A stretch of 64,000 nucleotides of DNA from Flavobacteriia bacterium (GCA_046301895.1 JBKCJG010000008.1:961-64960), one strand, 5' to 3'. Counted from the stretch's first letter, positions 43,219 through 52,751 are shown. The notes: a model not told the origin generated them from the letters alone. Made by a program: numbers and translations.

Positions 43219-44253
43219 ATGAAAAAAGAGAACGTTAAACTTACGGAACATACGAAGGGTGGAGGTTGTGGTTGTAAGATACCTCCGAGTGCTCTTGCTG
43301 AGATCTTGGCTGATCACAAAACGGGAGGTGCCAATGGATTGCTTGTTGGAAACTCCTCCGGAGATGACTGTGCAGTATTGGAGATTGGTAGCGACCGGTT
43401 ATTGATCAGTACCACCGATTTTTTCACACCCATTGTAGATGATCCATATGATTTTGGTAGGATAGCAGCTGCAAATTCTATCAGTGATATCTATTCTATG
43501 GGAGGAACACCGGTTCTTGCAATTAGCATTCTTGCCTGGCCTTTGGAAAAACTGGATGCAAGTGTAGCTTCGGAAGTAATGCGCGGTGCACGTGAAGTTT
43601 GTTCTGAAGCAGGTATACTGATAGGGGGTGGGCATTCAATCGAAAATCCTGAACCGGTTTTTGGATTGTCAGTGAATGGCTTATTGAACCGTTTTCAATT
43701 GAAGCAAAACAATACAGCTAATCCAGGTGATCTTCTTTACCTTACAAAGCCGATCGGTTCAGGAATACTCAGTACGGCGCTGAAAAGAGGCCTCCTTCCT
43801 GATGAACAACAGCAAGAGCTGATATCAAGAATGAGTGAATTGAATTCTATTGGAAGACAGTTTGGTGATATTGAGTCTGTAACTGCCATGACAGATCTTA
43901 CAGGTTTTGGTCTGTTGGGACATATTTCCGAAATGTGTGACTCCGGTCGAGTTTCTGTTGTAATCAGCTACTCCGATGTCCCATTTATGACCGGTGTTCT
44001 TGAGCTTGCGGGTAAAATGGTATACCCTGATAACACGATGCGCAACTGGAATACATTTGGAGAGCAGGTTTTGGGAATAAGTGGGGAGTCCCTTCTTACC
44101 CTTTGTGATCCCCAAACGAATGGCGGACTGCTTGTCGCTGTGAAGCCTGATTCAAGAGAGATGATCGAAGCCTTTTGCCGAAAAGAGGACCAGTTCTTTA
44201 AATTGATCGGACATTTTGTTGAACCAATGAACAAATTGATTCAGATAATATGA
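43219..44253 (+). CDS. selD: Selenide, water dikinase (selenophosphate synthetase), Cys-type
   Basis: HTKGGGCGCKIP (Cys rather than Sec at the catalytic position) and an AIR-synthase-like fold. ATG lies 1 nt after the selU stop. Confidence 0.9.
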   Translation: MKKENVKLTEHTKGGGCGCKIPPSALAEILADHKTGGANGLLVGNSSGDDCAVLEIGSDRLLISTTDFFTPIVDDPYDFGRIAAANSISDIYSMGGTPVLAISILAWPLEKLDASVASEVMRGAREVCSEAGILIGGGHSIENPEPVFGLSVNGLLNRFQLKQNNTANPGDLLYLTKPIGSGILSTALKRGLLPDEQQQELISRMSELNSIGRQFGDIESVTAMTDLTGFGLLGHISEMCDSGRVSVVISYSDVPFMTGVLELAGKMVYPDNTMRNWNTFGEQVLGISGESLLTLCDPQTNGGLLVAVKPDSREMIEAFCRKEDQFFKLIGHFVEPMNKLIQII

Positions 44254-44280
44254 CAAAGCCACTTGAAGAGTGGCTTGTCA
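44251..44280. terminator. Hairpin without U-run between the convergent selD and acyl-CoA dehydrogenase genes
   Basis: A 12-bp stem with a 1-nt bulge (TGACAAAGCCACT / AGTGGCTTGTCA) includes the selD stop codon. Confidence 0.4.
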
Positions 44281-44295
44281 TGAAATGTTCAATGC

Positions 44296-46086
44296 TCAAA
44301 AAGCGTATTTATTGTTTTCGATCAATTTTGAAGCAATAAGCTGCCTTGCTGCTTTTGGATTAAATGCTTCCGTTTTGGTAAAGCGCTTCAATCCCATTAA
44401 CATCATTCTTAATTCATCGCCTTCAGAAAATGAGTTCAGAGCATCTTTCGCTGCCTTTTCAATCCGATCAGCAGAATCATAGAAATATGTTTTTACGATC
44501 GCGATCTGCTCTGCACATGAGCCTTCACCTTTTGTAGCGATCATCTTCTCCACACGCAACAGAACGGATTCTGCCTGGTAGGTCCAGATGGCCATATCCG
44601 CTATATTCATCAATACTTCCTGCTCCTTAGATAAGGTTTGCATCAGCTTTTGAACAGCACTTCCAGCTACCATTAGAATTGATTTCTTGAAGTTTTCCAG
44701 GTATTTGTGCTCATTCCCTAATATACCTTCCGGAACTTCACTCGTTTCAGGGATACTCATCAACTCTCCTGCCACCTGCATTGCTGGCCCCATCAAGTCA
44801 AGTTCTCCCTTCATTGCACGTCGAAGGATCATGTCAACCGTTAACATCCGATTGATCTCGTTCGTCCCTTCAAAAATGCGGTTGATCCGCGAATCTCTGT
44901 ATGCCCTTTCAACCGGTGATTCAGCAGAATAACCCATCCCTCCGTAGATTTGAACTGCCTCGTCAACCACGTAATCCAGACATTCAGAACCTGCTACTTT
45001 TAGCATTGCACATTCGGCAGCAAACTGCTCAATACCTTTTAATGTCGCCTGACCTTTGGGCATTCCACCTTCGATCAGTGCTGCAATTGCATCGTCTATA
45101 TTCTGTCCTGCCCTGTAAGTAGCAGACTCCAATACAAATGTTCGGATCGCTTGCTCGGCGATCTTGTAACGGATTGCACCGTACTTTGAAATTGGTCTTC
45201 CGAATTGCTCGCGCTCATTTGCATACCTTACTGCATCGGATATTGCCTCTTTTGAACCTCCCAAAACACCAGCAGCGAGTTTTATCCGTCCAATATTCAG
45301 GATATTGATCGCGATCTTGAATCCATTACCTCTCTCAGAGAGGAGGTTCTCAACGGGGACTTTTACATTATTAAAGAAAACCTGACGCGTAGACGATCCC
45401 TTGATTCCCATTTTCTTCTCTTCCGGATTAAGGTTGATTCCCTCCGTGTCGGCTTCAACGAGGAATGAAGATAGATTGGTGTCATCATCGATCTTTGCGA
45501 ATACAGTCATGAAATTTGCAAAACCACCATTGGTTATCCACATTTTCTGGCCATTGAGAATATAGTATTTGCCATCTTCCGTTAATTTTGCTTTCGTTTT
45601 TCCGGAATTGGCATCTGATCCTGAGCCTGGTTCTGTCAGGCAGTATGCCGCCTTCCATTCACCTGATGCAAGTTTGGGAATGTATTTCGCTTTCTGTTCC
45701 TCCGTGCCATAATATAACAACGGTAGTGTGCCGATACCAGTGTGCGCTCCGTATGCTACTGAAAACGAATACCCTTTTCCAAGTCGCTCTGTTGCAAGAA
45801 GGGATGTTTTGAAATCTACACCCATTCCCCCAAGTTCCTCCGGGATCGACATTCCAAGCATCCCCAGTTCTCCTGCTTTATCCAGAAGAGATTGCATAAA
45901 TCCTTCTTCCATCTTATCAATTCTTTCCAGGTTTGGCTCGATCTCCTGTGCAATAAAATCATCACACATTTGTGCGATCATTTTCTGCTCCTCGTTCCAC
46001 TCCTCGGGAATGAAAATAGCTGATGGTAAAGTTTTTCGGATGATGAATTCGCCGCCCTTGATAGGATTGTTAGTTGTTGGTTCCAT
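44296..46086 (-). CDS. Long-type acyl-CoA dehydrogenase (FadE-like, 596 aa)
   Basis: ACAD N, middle and C domains: YCLTEPGSGSDA, GGMGY, C-terminal extension. Confidence 0.9.
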   Translation of the reverse strand: MEPTTNNPIKGGEFIIRKTLPSAIFIPEEWNEEQKMIAQMCDDFIAQEIEPNLERIDKMEEGFMQSLLDKAGELGMLGMSIPEELGGMGVDFKTSLLATERLGKGYSFSVAYGAHTGIGTLPLLYYGTEEQKAKYIPKLASGEWKAAYCLTEPGSGSDANSGKTKAKLTEDGKYYILNGQKMWITNGGFANFMTVFAKIDDDTNLSSFLVEADTEGINLNPEEKKMGIKGSSTRQVFFNNVKVPVENLLSERGNGFKIAINILNIGRIKLAAGVLGGSKEAISDAVRYANEREQFGRPISKYGAIRYKIAEQAIRTFVLESATYRAGQNIDDAIAALIEGGMPKGQATLKGIEQFAAECAMLKVAGSECLDYVVDEAVQIYGGMGYSAESPVERAYRDSRINRIFEGTNEINRMLTVDMILRRAMKGELDLMGPAMQVAGELMSIPETSEVPEGILGNEHKYLENFKKSILMVAGSAVQKLMQTLSKEQEVLMNIADMAIWTYQAESVLLRVEKMIATKGEGSCAEQIAIVKTYFYDSADRIEKAAKDALNSFSEGDELRMMLMGLKRFTKTEAFNPKAARQLIASKLIENNKYAF

Positions 46087-46137
46087 TTCTATTAAATGTT
46101 TGTTTCATTGTAGATTTACGAATATACAAATCCTGAC

Positions 46138-46161
46138 TTATATTATGCGTGCATATTATAA
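46138..46161. promoter_or_regulatory. Imperfect inverted repeat with core TTATGCGTGCATAT upstream of the acyl-CoA dehydrogenase gene; candidate MarR-type operator
   Basis: 10 of 12 arm matches (TTATATTATGCG / TGCATATTATAA). The core shares 12 of 14 nt with 51786-51799 upstream of marR. Confidence 0.35.
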
Positions 46162-46253
46162 AAAAGTATATAAATTAATTTCGATCAAAGGTGAAAAAAT
46201 GAATTTGTCAAAAGAATGACGATGATCATATTCTTGAATAAATACACCGTACA

Positions 46254-47576
46254 TCATTTTGAGATCGCGATCTTCAGTTTTTTACCTTTCACCTTTTCGT
46301 TACGTACTTTGTTAAGTAGTGAGCTGACATTGGATCGTTCAACTGCGACATACGACGAAAAATCCTGCACGGTTATCAGTCCAATCTCTTCCTTTTTTAA
46401 TCCTCCTTTTTGCCCGAGAAAACCGACGAGATCGATTTTGTTGATCTTATCTTTTTTACCGCCACTGAAATAAAGAGTGATCCAGCTGCTTTCTATTGGA
46501 TGCAGGAGTTCATTTGGTACTTTGTATTCGGTATTTGGTATCTTGATGTATTCTGGTGTGTTTTCGTCGCTGCTGATCAGGAGGTAGGAGGAGCCATTTG
46601 CTTTCATGCGTGCAGTTCTTCCGTTACGATGGATGAATGCTTCCTCGCTTTGTGGGTACTGAAAATGTACGACATGTTGGATCTCAGGAATATCTAACCC
46701 TCGAGAACCAAGATCTGTGCAAATCATCGTGTGATACGTCCCGTTTCTGAACTGGATCAGTGCTCTTTCCCGCTCATCTTGTTCCATTCCACCATGGTAT
46801 ACAATCGATGGGTATCCATTCTCACTCAGATATTCCTTAACACTTTCCGTTGCTTCCCTAAAGTTACAAAAGACTATACTTAGCTCTCCCTTGAAGGAAC
46901 AGAGTAGGTCGAACAAGCGTTCGAATTTGGTGCTTTTTGTAACCGGAAACTTCCAGAATTGAATATCCGGTGCACTCGAGCGGTCAAGGAAATTGATATG
47001 AGCATCGTTCTTGAAAGACAAGTAATTTGGAAACTCTTTCAATTCAGTTGCTGAAACAAGTGTGGTATTTTTAATTTTTTCGAATTCGAAACAGATGTAT
47101 TTCATCTGATCTTCGAACCCAAATTCCAGACACTTATCGTATTCATCGATCACTAGTTGTTCAACCGTTGCGAGATTAAGGTTACTGCGATGAATATGAT
47201 CACAGATCCTACCCGGCGTCCCGATGAGAACAGTCGGTGCCTCCGATAGGCTGTTCTTTTCCACCTGCATGGAATGACCTCCATAACACGATAAAACCTT
47301 GAACCCCGTTTGCATTGATCGGAAAACCCCGTCAATCTGCAGCGCCAATTCGCGGCTAGGAGCAAGGATGACGGCCTGGACGCCTTTCGTTTTTACGTCT
47401 AAGCGCAGGAAAAGCGGTAGTAGAAATGCGAAGGTTTTACCAGAACCAGTTTGAGAAAGTATCAGGAGATCATCTTTAATTCGGGACATTTTGAGTGTTT
47501 CCTCTTGTAGTTCATTTAATTCATTGAACCCCATATTGCGCAATGTCCGTTGGATGATCTCTTGTTGCTTGCTCAT
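46254..47576 (-). CDS. DEAD-box RNA helicase with a DbpA-type C-terminal RNA-binding domain
   Basis: SQTGSGKT, PSRELA, GTPGR, motif II as DEYD, SAT, HGGMEQ, ARGLD, HRNGRTAR. C-terminal LKKEEIGLITVQDFSSYVAV. Confidence 0.9.
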   Translation of the reverse strand: MSKQQEIIQRTLRNMGFNELNELQEETLKMSRIKDDLLILSQTGSGKTFAFLLPLFLRLDVKTKGVQAVILAPSRELALQIDGVFRSMQTGFKVLSCYGGHSMQVEKNSLSEAPTVLIGTPGRICDHIHRSNLNLATVEQLVIDEYDKCLEFGFEDQMKYICFEFEKIKNTTLVSATELKEFPNYLSFKNDAHINFLDRSSAPDIQFWKFPVTKSTKFERLFDLLCSFKGELSIVFCNFREATESVKEYLSENGYPSIVYHGGMEQDERERALIQFRNGTYHTMICTDLGSRGLDIPEIQHVVHFQYPQSEEAFIHRNGRTARMKANGSSYLLISSDENTPEYIKIPNTEYKVPNELLHPIESSWITLYFSGGKKDKINKIDLVGFLGQKGGLKKEEIGLITVQDFSSYVAVERSNVSSLLNKVRNEKVKGKKLKIAISK

Positions 47577-47580
47577 AAGT

Positions 47581-47588
47581 CAAAGGTA
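47581..47588 (-). promoter_or_regulatory. -7 box TACCTTTG (minus strand) ending 4 nt before helicase ATG 47576 (predicted leaderless)
   Basis: Plus strand reads CAAAGGTA. Confidence 0.5.
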
Positions 47589-47629
47589 AGCAGGATATGT
47601 GGATAATATAGCCACAGTGCGCTCAATTA

Positions 47630-47656
47630 AAACCCGCTGATAAAATCAGCAGGTTT
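47630..47656 (-). terminator. Possible terminator after the thiolase gene
   Basis: GCTGAT pairs with ATCAGC (6 bp, 3-nt loop), extended by AACC/GGTT after a mismatch. The U-run is weak. Confidence 0.45.
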
Positions 47657-47701
47657 TACACTAAACTGTGAAACTTCATTTTAAGAAATTATTATGTCAA
47701 C

Positions 47702-48880
47702 CTAAAGCATCTCGATCACTCCAGCGGCTCCCTGTCCCGTGCCAACACACATCGTCACAACGCCATATTTTTGCTGACGTTTCTTAAGTTCGTTCATAAT
47801 TTGAACGGATAACTTTGCACCGGTACAACCTAGTGGGTGACCCAAAGCGATCGCGCCACCATTCACATTCACGAGATCAGGGTTCAATCCAGCTTCATGT
47901 ATCACCGCTAAAGCCTGTGAGGCGAAAGCTTCATTCAATTCGAAGAGATTTATATCGTTCAGGTTCAAACCTGCCATTCTAATCGCTTTCGGAATGGCAT
48001 CTACCGGTCCGATACCCATGATACGGGGTTCTACCCCAACCACAGCATATGATGCCAAACGAGCGATCGGTTCCAGGTTTAGTTCTTTCACCATTTTCTC
48101 GGACATGACTAGTACAAAAGCCGCACCGTCGGATGTTTGGGACGAGTTACCAGCAGTTACTGATCCCCCACTGGCAAACACAGGTTTCAAGCTGGCCAGC
48201 GCTTCCATTGTACTGTTGCGTGGACCTTCATCGGTGTCAACAATGTACTTTTCAACCTGTCTTTTTTCATTGGTATCCAAAAAGATACGTTCTACTTCTA
48301 CAGGAACGATGTCGTCTCTGAAACGTCCGGACTGGATGGCAGCAATTGCTTTTTCATGGGAACGCAATGCGAAAACATCCTGTTCCTCGCGAGAAACACC
48401 GAATTGACTCGCTACAGCTTCTGCGGTCAATCCCATACCCCAATACCATGTTGGATTTTCCTTTCCAACTTTTGAATTCGGAACTATCCTCCATCCACCC
48501 ATCGCCATAACTGACATCGACTCAACGCCGCCAGCAATGATGCAATCAGCCATCCCATTTTCAATCTTGGCTGTTGCGATAGCGATGGTCTCCAATCCTG
48601 ATGAACAGTAGCGGTTTACCGTCATACCGGGCACTTTGTCTGTATTCAATCCCATCAAAGAGATCATACGTCCTATGTTCAATCCCTGCTCTGCTTCCGG
48701 TGTTGCGTTCCCGACTATGACATCGTCGACACGTGTTTTTTCCAACTGCGGAACACTCGCCATCAGGTGTTTGATCACATCTGCTGCTAGGTCGTCCGGT
48801 CTGTAAAAACGGAAACCGCCTTTAGCTGCTTTACCAACTGCTGATCGGAATCCTGCTATAATATATGCTCTTTGTCCCAT
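47702..48880 (-). CDS. Acetyl-CoA C-acyltransferase (thiolase)
   Basis: NRYCSSGL (active Cys), NEAFA, GHPLGCTG. Length 392 aa. Confidence 0.95.
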   Translation of the reverse strand: MGQRAYIIAGFRSAVGKAAKGGFRFYRPDDLAADVIKHLMASVPQLEKTRVDDVIVGNATPEAEQGLNIGRMISLMGLNTDKVPGMTVNRYCSSGLETIAIATAKIENGMADCIIAGGVESMSVMAMGGWRIVPNSKVGKENPTWYWGMGLTAEAVASQFGVSREEQDVFALRSHEKAIAAIQSGRFRDDIVPVEVERIFLDTNEKRQVEKYIVDTDEGPRNSTMEALASLKPVFASGGSVTAGNSSQTSDGAAFVLVMSEKMVKELNLEPIARLASYAVVGVEPRIMGIGPVDAIPKAIRMAGLNLNDINLFELNEAFASQALAVIHEAGLNPDLVNVNGGAIALGHPLGCTGAKLSVQIMNELKKRQQKYGVVTMCVGTGQGAAGVIEML

Positions 48881-48882
48881 GA

Positions 48883-51288
48883 TTAATTTCTTAAAATTTT
48901 CCCGTTCTTAACAAGACTCTCCAATCGTTCCAATGTTTTACGTTCTGCACACAGCTCAACGAATGCTCTTCTTTCTATATCCAGAAGGTATTGCTCTGAA
49001 ACTATGGTGTTCTCACTTAGATCGCCACCGCAAAGTACGAAGCCAAGCTTTTCAGAGATCACTCGGTCGTGGTCCGACATATAATTTCCTGAAAGCATGG
49101 AGTTGGCGCCGACATAAACGATACCCAATCCTTCTTGCCCCATCACAGTGATGTTTTTTTCACGTTTCGGTGCGACATAACCTTTTTCAGACAATTCGAG
49201 CGCTGCTGCTTTAGCACGGGCCAGTTGATGGTCTCGGCTTACAACTACTTCATCCACACCGTTTCTCAGATAACCAAGATCGAAGGCTTCATAGGCAGAA
49301 GTTGACACTTTCGCCTGTCCGATCGTCAAGAAGCGGTCACGCATACGGTTGATCTTGATGTCACCGTCCTTCAGTTCTTCTGAAAGTCGCTTCGCGAATT
49401 CTTTGGAACCGCCACCACCCGGGATCAAACCAACCCCGAATTCAACAAGTCCCATGTACAATTCTGCATGAGCAACGACTTTATCGGCATGCATCGAGAT
49501 CTCACAACCACCACCAAGAGCCATGTTGTGTGGCGCAACGATCACAGGGATATTTGAATAACGCACGCGCATCATTGTGTCCTGGAATGCTTTAACAGCA
49601 AAGTTCAACTCATCATAATCTTGCTCGATCGCCATCATGAAGATCATTCCGACATTTGCTCCTGCAGAGAAATTCTGTCCGGTATTCGAAATAACGAGTC
49701 CTTTGTGCTCTTTTTCCGCCATGTCGATCGCCTTGTTGATCCCTTCTATCACGCCACCACCGATGGTATTCATTTTTGTATGGAATTCAAGGTTCAGGAT
49801 TCCATCGCCCAGATCAACGAGTGTTGTATCTGAGTTACCCCAGACTTTATTTTCACTCCTTAATGCATCCAGGATCACAAGATCCTCAGTGCCCGGAATT
49901 GTTTTGTATCCTTTGGAAGCGACATCATAATACATTTTCTGACCTTTCTCCATTTTGTAGAATGAAGAAACACCATCCGCTTTCATCTCACTAACCCAAT
50001 CAGCAACTTTCTTATTGTTGTCAGCGATCAATTTCAATCCCTGATCCAATCCGATGACATCCCACGTCTCAAACGGACCAAGTTCCCATCCGAAACCGGC
50101 TTTCAGTGCATCGTCTATCTTGTAAAGGTCATCTGTGATTTCCGGCAATCTGTTTGAAATGTAGGCAAAAAGTCCGGCGAAAAGCTTTTTATAGAACTCA
50201 CCGGCTTTATCCATTCCCATGAAAAGCATCTTCGTGCGCTGTTTCAAGTCCTCTACTGGCTTGGTCATTTCAAGAGTAGCAAACTTGACTTTCTGAGAGG
50301 GTTTGTATTCTAATGTATGCAAGTCCAATGCATGAATTTCAGTTTTGCCATCAGCGGATTTAACTTTCTTATAGAATCCCTGACCAGATTTAGACCCTAG
50401 CCAGTTGTTCTCTACCATTTTGGAGATATAATCAGGAAGTTCAAATAGCGCTTTTTCTTCGTCATCCGAACAGTTCGCCTTCAATCCGTTAGCTACGTGA
50501 ACCAGTGTGTCGAGTCCCACAACATCGCAGGTTCGGAACGTTGCAGATTTGGGTCTTCCCAAAACAGGTCCTGTCAATTTGTCTACTTCCTCGACGGTTA
50601 GCCCCATTTCCTTTACGGCATGGAAAAGCGCCATGATCGAGTAGACTCCTACACGGTTGGCGATGAAGGCAGGAGTATCCTTGCAGAGAACTGTTTTTTT
50701 GCCTAGGATCTTTGACCCGAAATCCATCAGGAAGTCTACAATCTCCGACCTGGTATGCGGAGTCGGGATGATCTCCAACAATTGCAGATAGCGTGGAGGG
50801 TTAAAGAAATGTGTTCCACAGAAATGTGCCTTAAAATCATCACTTCGACCTTCAAGCATCAAGTGGATCGGGATACCTGATGTATTGGAAGAGATCAGCG
50901 TTCCCAGAGTGCGGTGCTTCTCTACCTGGTCGAATATTAATTTCTTGATATCGATCCTTTCCACCACTACCTCGATGATCCAGTCGCACTGGGCGATCCG
51001 GCCCATGTCATCCTCGAAATTTCCAGTAGTGATGCGGTTTGCGAATGACTTTCTGTAAATTGGAGATGGGTTTGATTTGAGTGCCGTATCTAAGGAAGAA
51101 TTCACAACCCTGTTTCGGACAACTTTATTTTCAAGAGTCATACCTCTCAACTGCTCGTCGGGTGAAAGTTCGCGGGGAAGAATATCAAGTAAAATGACTT
51201 CACACCCAACATTGGCAAAGTGACAGGCAATTCGTGAACCCATTACTCCGGAACCCAAAATGGCTACTTTCTTAATGTGTCTGTTCAT
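48883..51288 (-). CDS. Bifunctional 3-hydroxyacyl-CoA dehydrogenase / enoyl-CoA hydratase (FadN-type domain order)
   Basis: N-terminal Rossmann VAILGSGVMGSRIA. C-terminal crotonase-like region. Length 801 aa. Confidence 0.9.
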   Translation of the reverse strand: MNRHIKKVAILGSGVMGSRIACHFANVGCEVILLDILPRELSPDEQLRGMTLENKVVRNRVVNSSLDTALKSNPSPIYRKSFANRITTGNFEDDMGRIAQCDWIIEVVVERIDIKKLIFDQVEKHRTLGTLISSNTSGIPIHLMLEGRSDDFKAHFCGTHFFNPPRYLQLLEIIPTPHTRSEIVDFLMDFGSKILGKKTVLCKDTPAFIANRVGVYSIMALFHAVKEMGLTVEEVDKLTGPVLGRPKSATFRTCDVVGLDTLVHVANGLKANCSDDEEKALFELPDYISKMVENNWLGSKSGQGFYKKVKSADGKTEIHALDLHTLEYKPSQKVKFATLEMTKPVEDLKQRTKMLFMGMDKAGEFYKKLFAGLFAYISNRLPEITDDLYKIDDALKAGFGWELGPFETWDVIGLDQGLKLIADNNKKVADWVSEMKADGVSSFYKMEKGQKMYYDVASKGYKTIPGTEDLVILDALRSENKVWGNSDTTLVDLGDGILNLEFHTKMNTIGGGVIEGINKAIDMAEKEHKGLVISNTGQNFSAGANVGMIFMMAIEQDYDELNFAVKAFQDTMMRVRYSNIPVIVAPHNMALGGGCEISMHADKVVAHAELYMGLVEFGVGLIPGGGGSKEFAKRLSEELKDGDIKINRMRDRFLTIGQAKVSTSAYEAFDLGYLRNGVDEVVVSRDHQLARAKAAALELSEKGYVAPKREKNITVMGQEGLGIVYVGANSMLSGNYMSDHDRVISEKLGFVLCGGDLSENTIVSEQYLLDIERRAFVELCAERKTLERLESLVKNGKILRN

Positions 51289-51306
51289 TTGTAAAAAATA
51301 AGTGAT

Positions 51307-51747
51307 TTATGATCTTTTTAGTTCATCTTCGATGAGCTGGTCAACATTTTCGACCACTTCGAAAAATATCTTTAATTTATTCTTTGGGATCTTGTTGATG
51401 ATCTTTTGATTGAAACCCAGAATGAAATTCTTGACCATTCTGCGATTTTCAACACCTTCTTCTGTGAGGAATATCAACACTTTCCGTTTGTCATCTTCTG
51501 TCAATTTACGGTAAATAAGTCCCCTTTCTTCCATTGTCTTGAGAGTCCTGGAAAGTGAGGTGGGTTCCATTCCCATTCGAGGGCCAAGCTGCGTACTCGG
51601 CGTGCCTAACTTGTCGACATTCATCAGAATGAACCCGATCGAAACAGTTATGTTGTGTTCTGCTGCTTTTTGGTTGTACATTCTAGATAGCCGGTGCCAA
51701 GAATGGCGCACAACAAAATCGTAGAGGAAGTCATAATTTTCAGACAT
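51307..51747 (-). CDS. MarR-family transcriptional regulator heading the beta-oxidation cluster
   Basis: Winged HTH TQLGPRMGMEPTSLSRTLKTMEERGLIYR. Length 146 aa. Confidence 0.85.
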   Translation of the reverse strand: MSENYDFLYDFVVRHSWHRLSRMYNQKAAEHNITVSIGFILMNVDKLGTPSTQLGPRMGMEPTSLSRTLKTMEERGLIYRKLTEDDKRKVLIFLTEEGVENRRMVKNFILGFNQKIINKIPKNKLKIFFEVVENVDQLIEDELKRS

Positions 51748-51784
51748 AATTGTTAATTAACACCATTAAATGTACTAATTATTT

Positions 51785-51800
51785 TTTATGCATACATATG
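51785..51800. promoter_or_regulatory. Candidate MarR operator TTATGCATACATAT (contains perfect palindrome TATGCATA) just upstream of a near-consensus -7 box
   Basis: 12 of 14 identity to 46143-46156. A near-consensus box TACATTTA (minus strand) lies at 51767-51774. Confidence 0.35.
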
Positions 51801-51829
51801 AAAAAAGCAGAATTGAAGTAAATCAAGAG

Positions 51830-52237
51830 CTACCATATTTCTGGTGAAACATGCACCGTTCCTTTGAAATGAGAAACCTTTTTGTTTTCGTGATTAACGC
51901 CCTCTATTTCGTATATACCGATGGTTCTGCCACGATGAATCTCTTTAGCAATAAAGGTTAAAGTATCACCCGGGTTACATTTTCGTATATGAGATATGGA
52001 TGTTTCAATGCTCACACATTTATTGCCTCTGGAATTTGATGCGAAGGCTAATGCCGAGTCGGAAAGAGAATAAGTGATTCCCCCATGCAGAACATGATGA
52101 CCATTCAGCATCTTTTCTTCTACAGTTGCCCGAAGGATACAGTGTCCTATGCCGATTTCCAGAATCTTCACCCCCATCCATTGGCTGAAGTGATCCTTTT
52201 CCATCATCATGGTTACGATATCTTGTGGGGTTTTCAT
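51830..52237 (-). CDS. PaaI-family hotdog-fold thioesterase
   Basis: HGGITYSLSDSALAF. Length 135 aa. Confidence 0.85.
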   Translation of the reverse strand: MKTPQDIVTMMMEKDHFSQWMGVKILEIGIGHCILRATVEEKMLNGHHVLHGGITYSLSDSALAFASNSRGNKCVSIETSISHIRKCNPGDTLTFIAKEIHRGRTIGIYEIEGVNHENKKVSHFKGTVHVSPEIW

Positions 52238-52258
52238 TAAAAGGAGCGATCAGTCCGT

Positions 52259-52738
52259 TTATTGTTCTATGGCTCGGTTCATGAGGGTAATCATAGCCAG
52301 TGATACGATAAATAGCTGTGTGGCAGTTTCATCATCCAAAGCCGTTCCATCCTCATCCTCTGTGGATATCTCCATTGCCATGAACTGAGCAAGTTCAGGC
52401 TGATCACAAAAATCTTCCAATACCTCTTCATCGTCAGATTCGAAATAGGAATCAAGCATATCGAAATAGGGTTCTTCGAATGCATCGATATCTTCCTCAG
52501 ATATATTTTTCAGCTTCAGTCCCTCCTGCGCGAAACATTCAGAAATCAGGCAATAATAATAAATAAGCAAACCTTCCAGCTTATCGTTCTGGTATTCTAC
52601 GGATGCCGACATCACATAACTTAGCAACGTTTCCTGCGCCAGTGCATAGGTTTCTGACAGTCTTTCCAAACCATCATCATCGAGGTTATCTACTTTCTTA
52701 ATTGCTTTCTCGATACTTGAAAAGGAAACGTGCTTCAT
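52259..52738 (-). CDS. Acidic hypothetical protein, 159 aa
   Basis: ORF with D/E-rich segments. ATG 52738 is preferred over GTG 52744 because a -7 box covers 52744-52751. Confidence 0.55.
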   Translation of the reverse strand: MKHVSFSSIEKAIKKVDNLDDDGLERLSETYALAQETLLSYVMSASVEYQNDKLEGLLIYYYCLISECFAQEGLKLKNISEEDIDAFEEPYFDMLDSYFESDDEEVLEDFCDQPELAQFMAMEISTEDEDGTALDDETATQLFIVSLAMITLMNRAIEQ

Positions 52739-52743
52739 ATCCA

Positions 52744-52751
52744 CAAATTTA
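52744..52751 (-). promoter_or_regulatory. -7 box TAAATTTG (minus strand) ending 5 nt before ATG 52738 (predicted leaderless)
   Basis: Plus strand reads CAAATTTA. Confidence 0.5.

Noticed and set aside
42204-44253. The possibility of selenoprotein genes (in-frame TGA plus SECIS) near selD.
   Set aside because: SelD itself is the Cys form. No selA, selB or tRNA-Sec is in the window. I saw no gene pair that looks like one ORF split by a single TGA.
45728-46219. A 163-aa + strand ORF, and similar long antisense or off-frame ORFs (26350-26880, 15676-16137, 7651-8070, 58339-58776, 28318-28746, 47994-48407).
   Set aside because: All lie inside strongly supported genes on the other strand or in another frame. 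They have low-complexity or biased composition and no recognisable motifs, promoters or terminators of their own.
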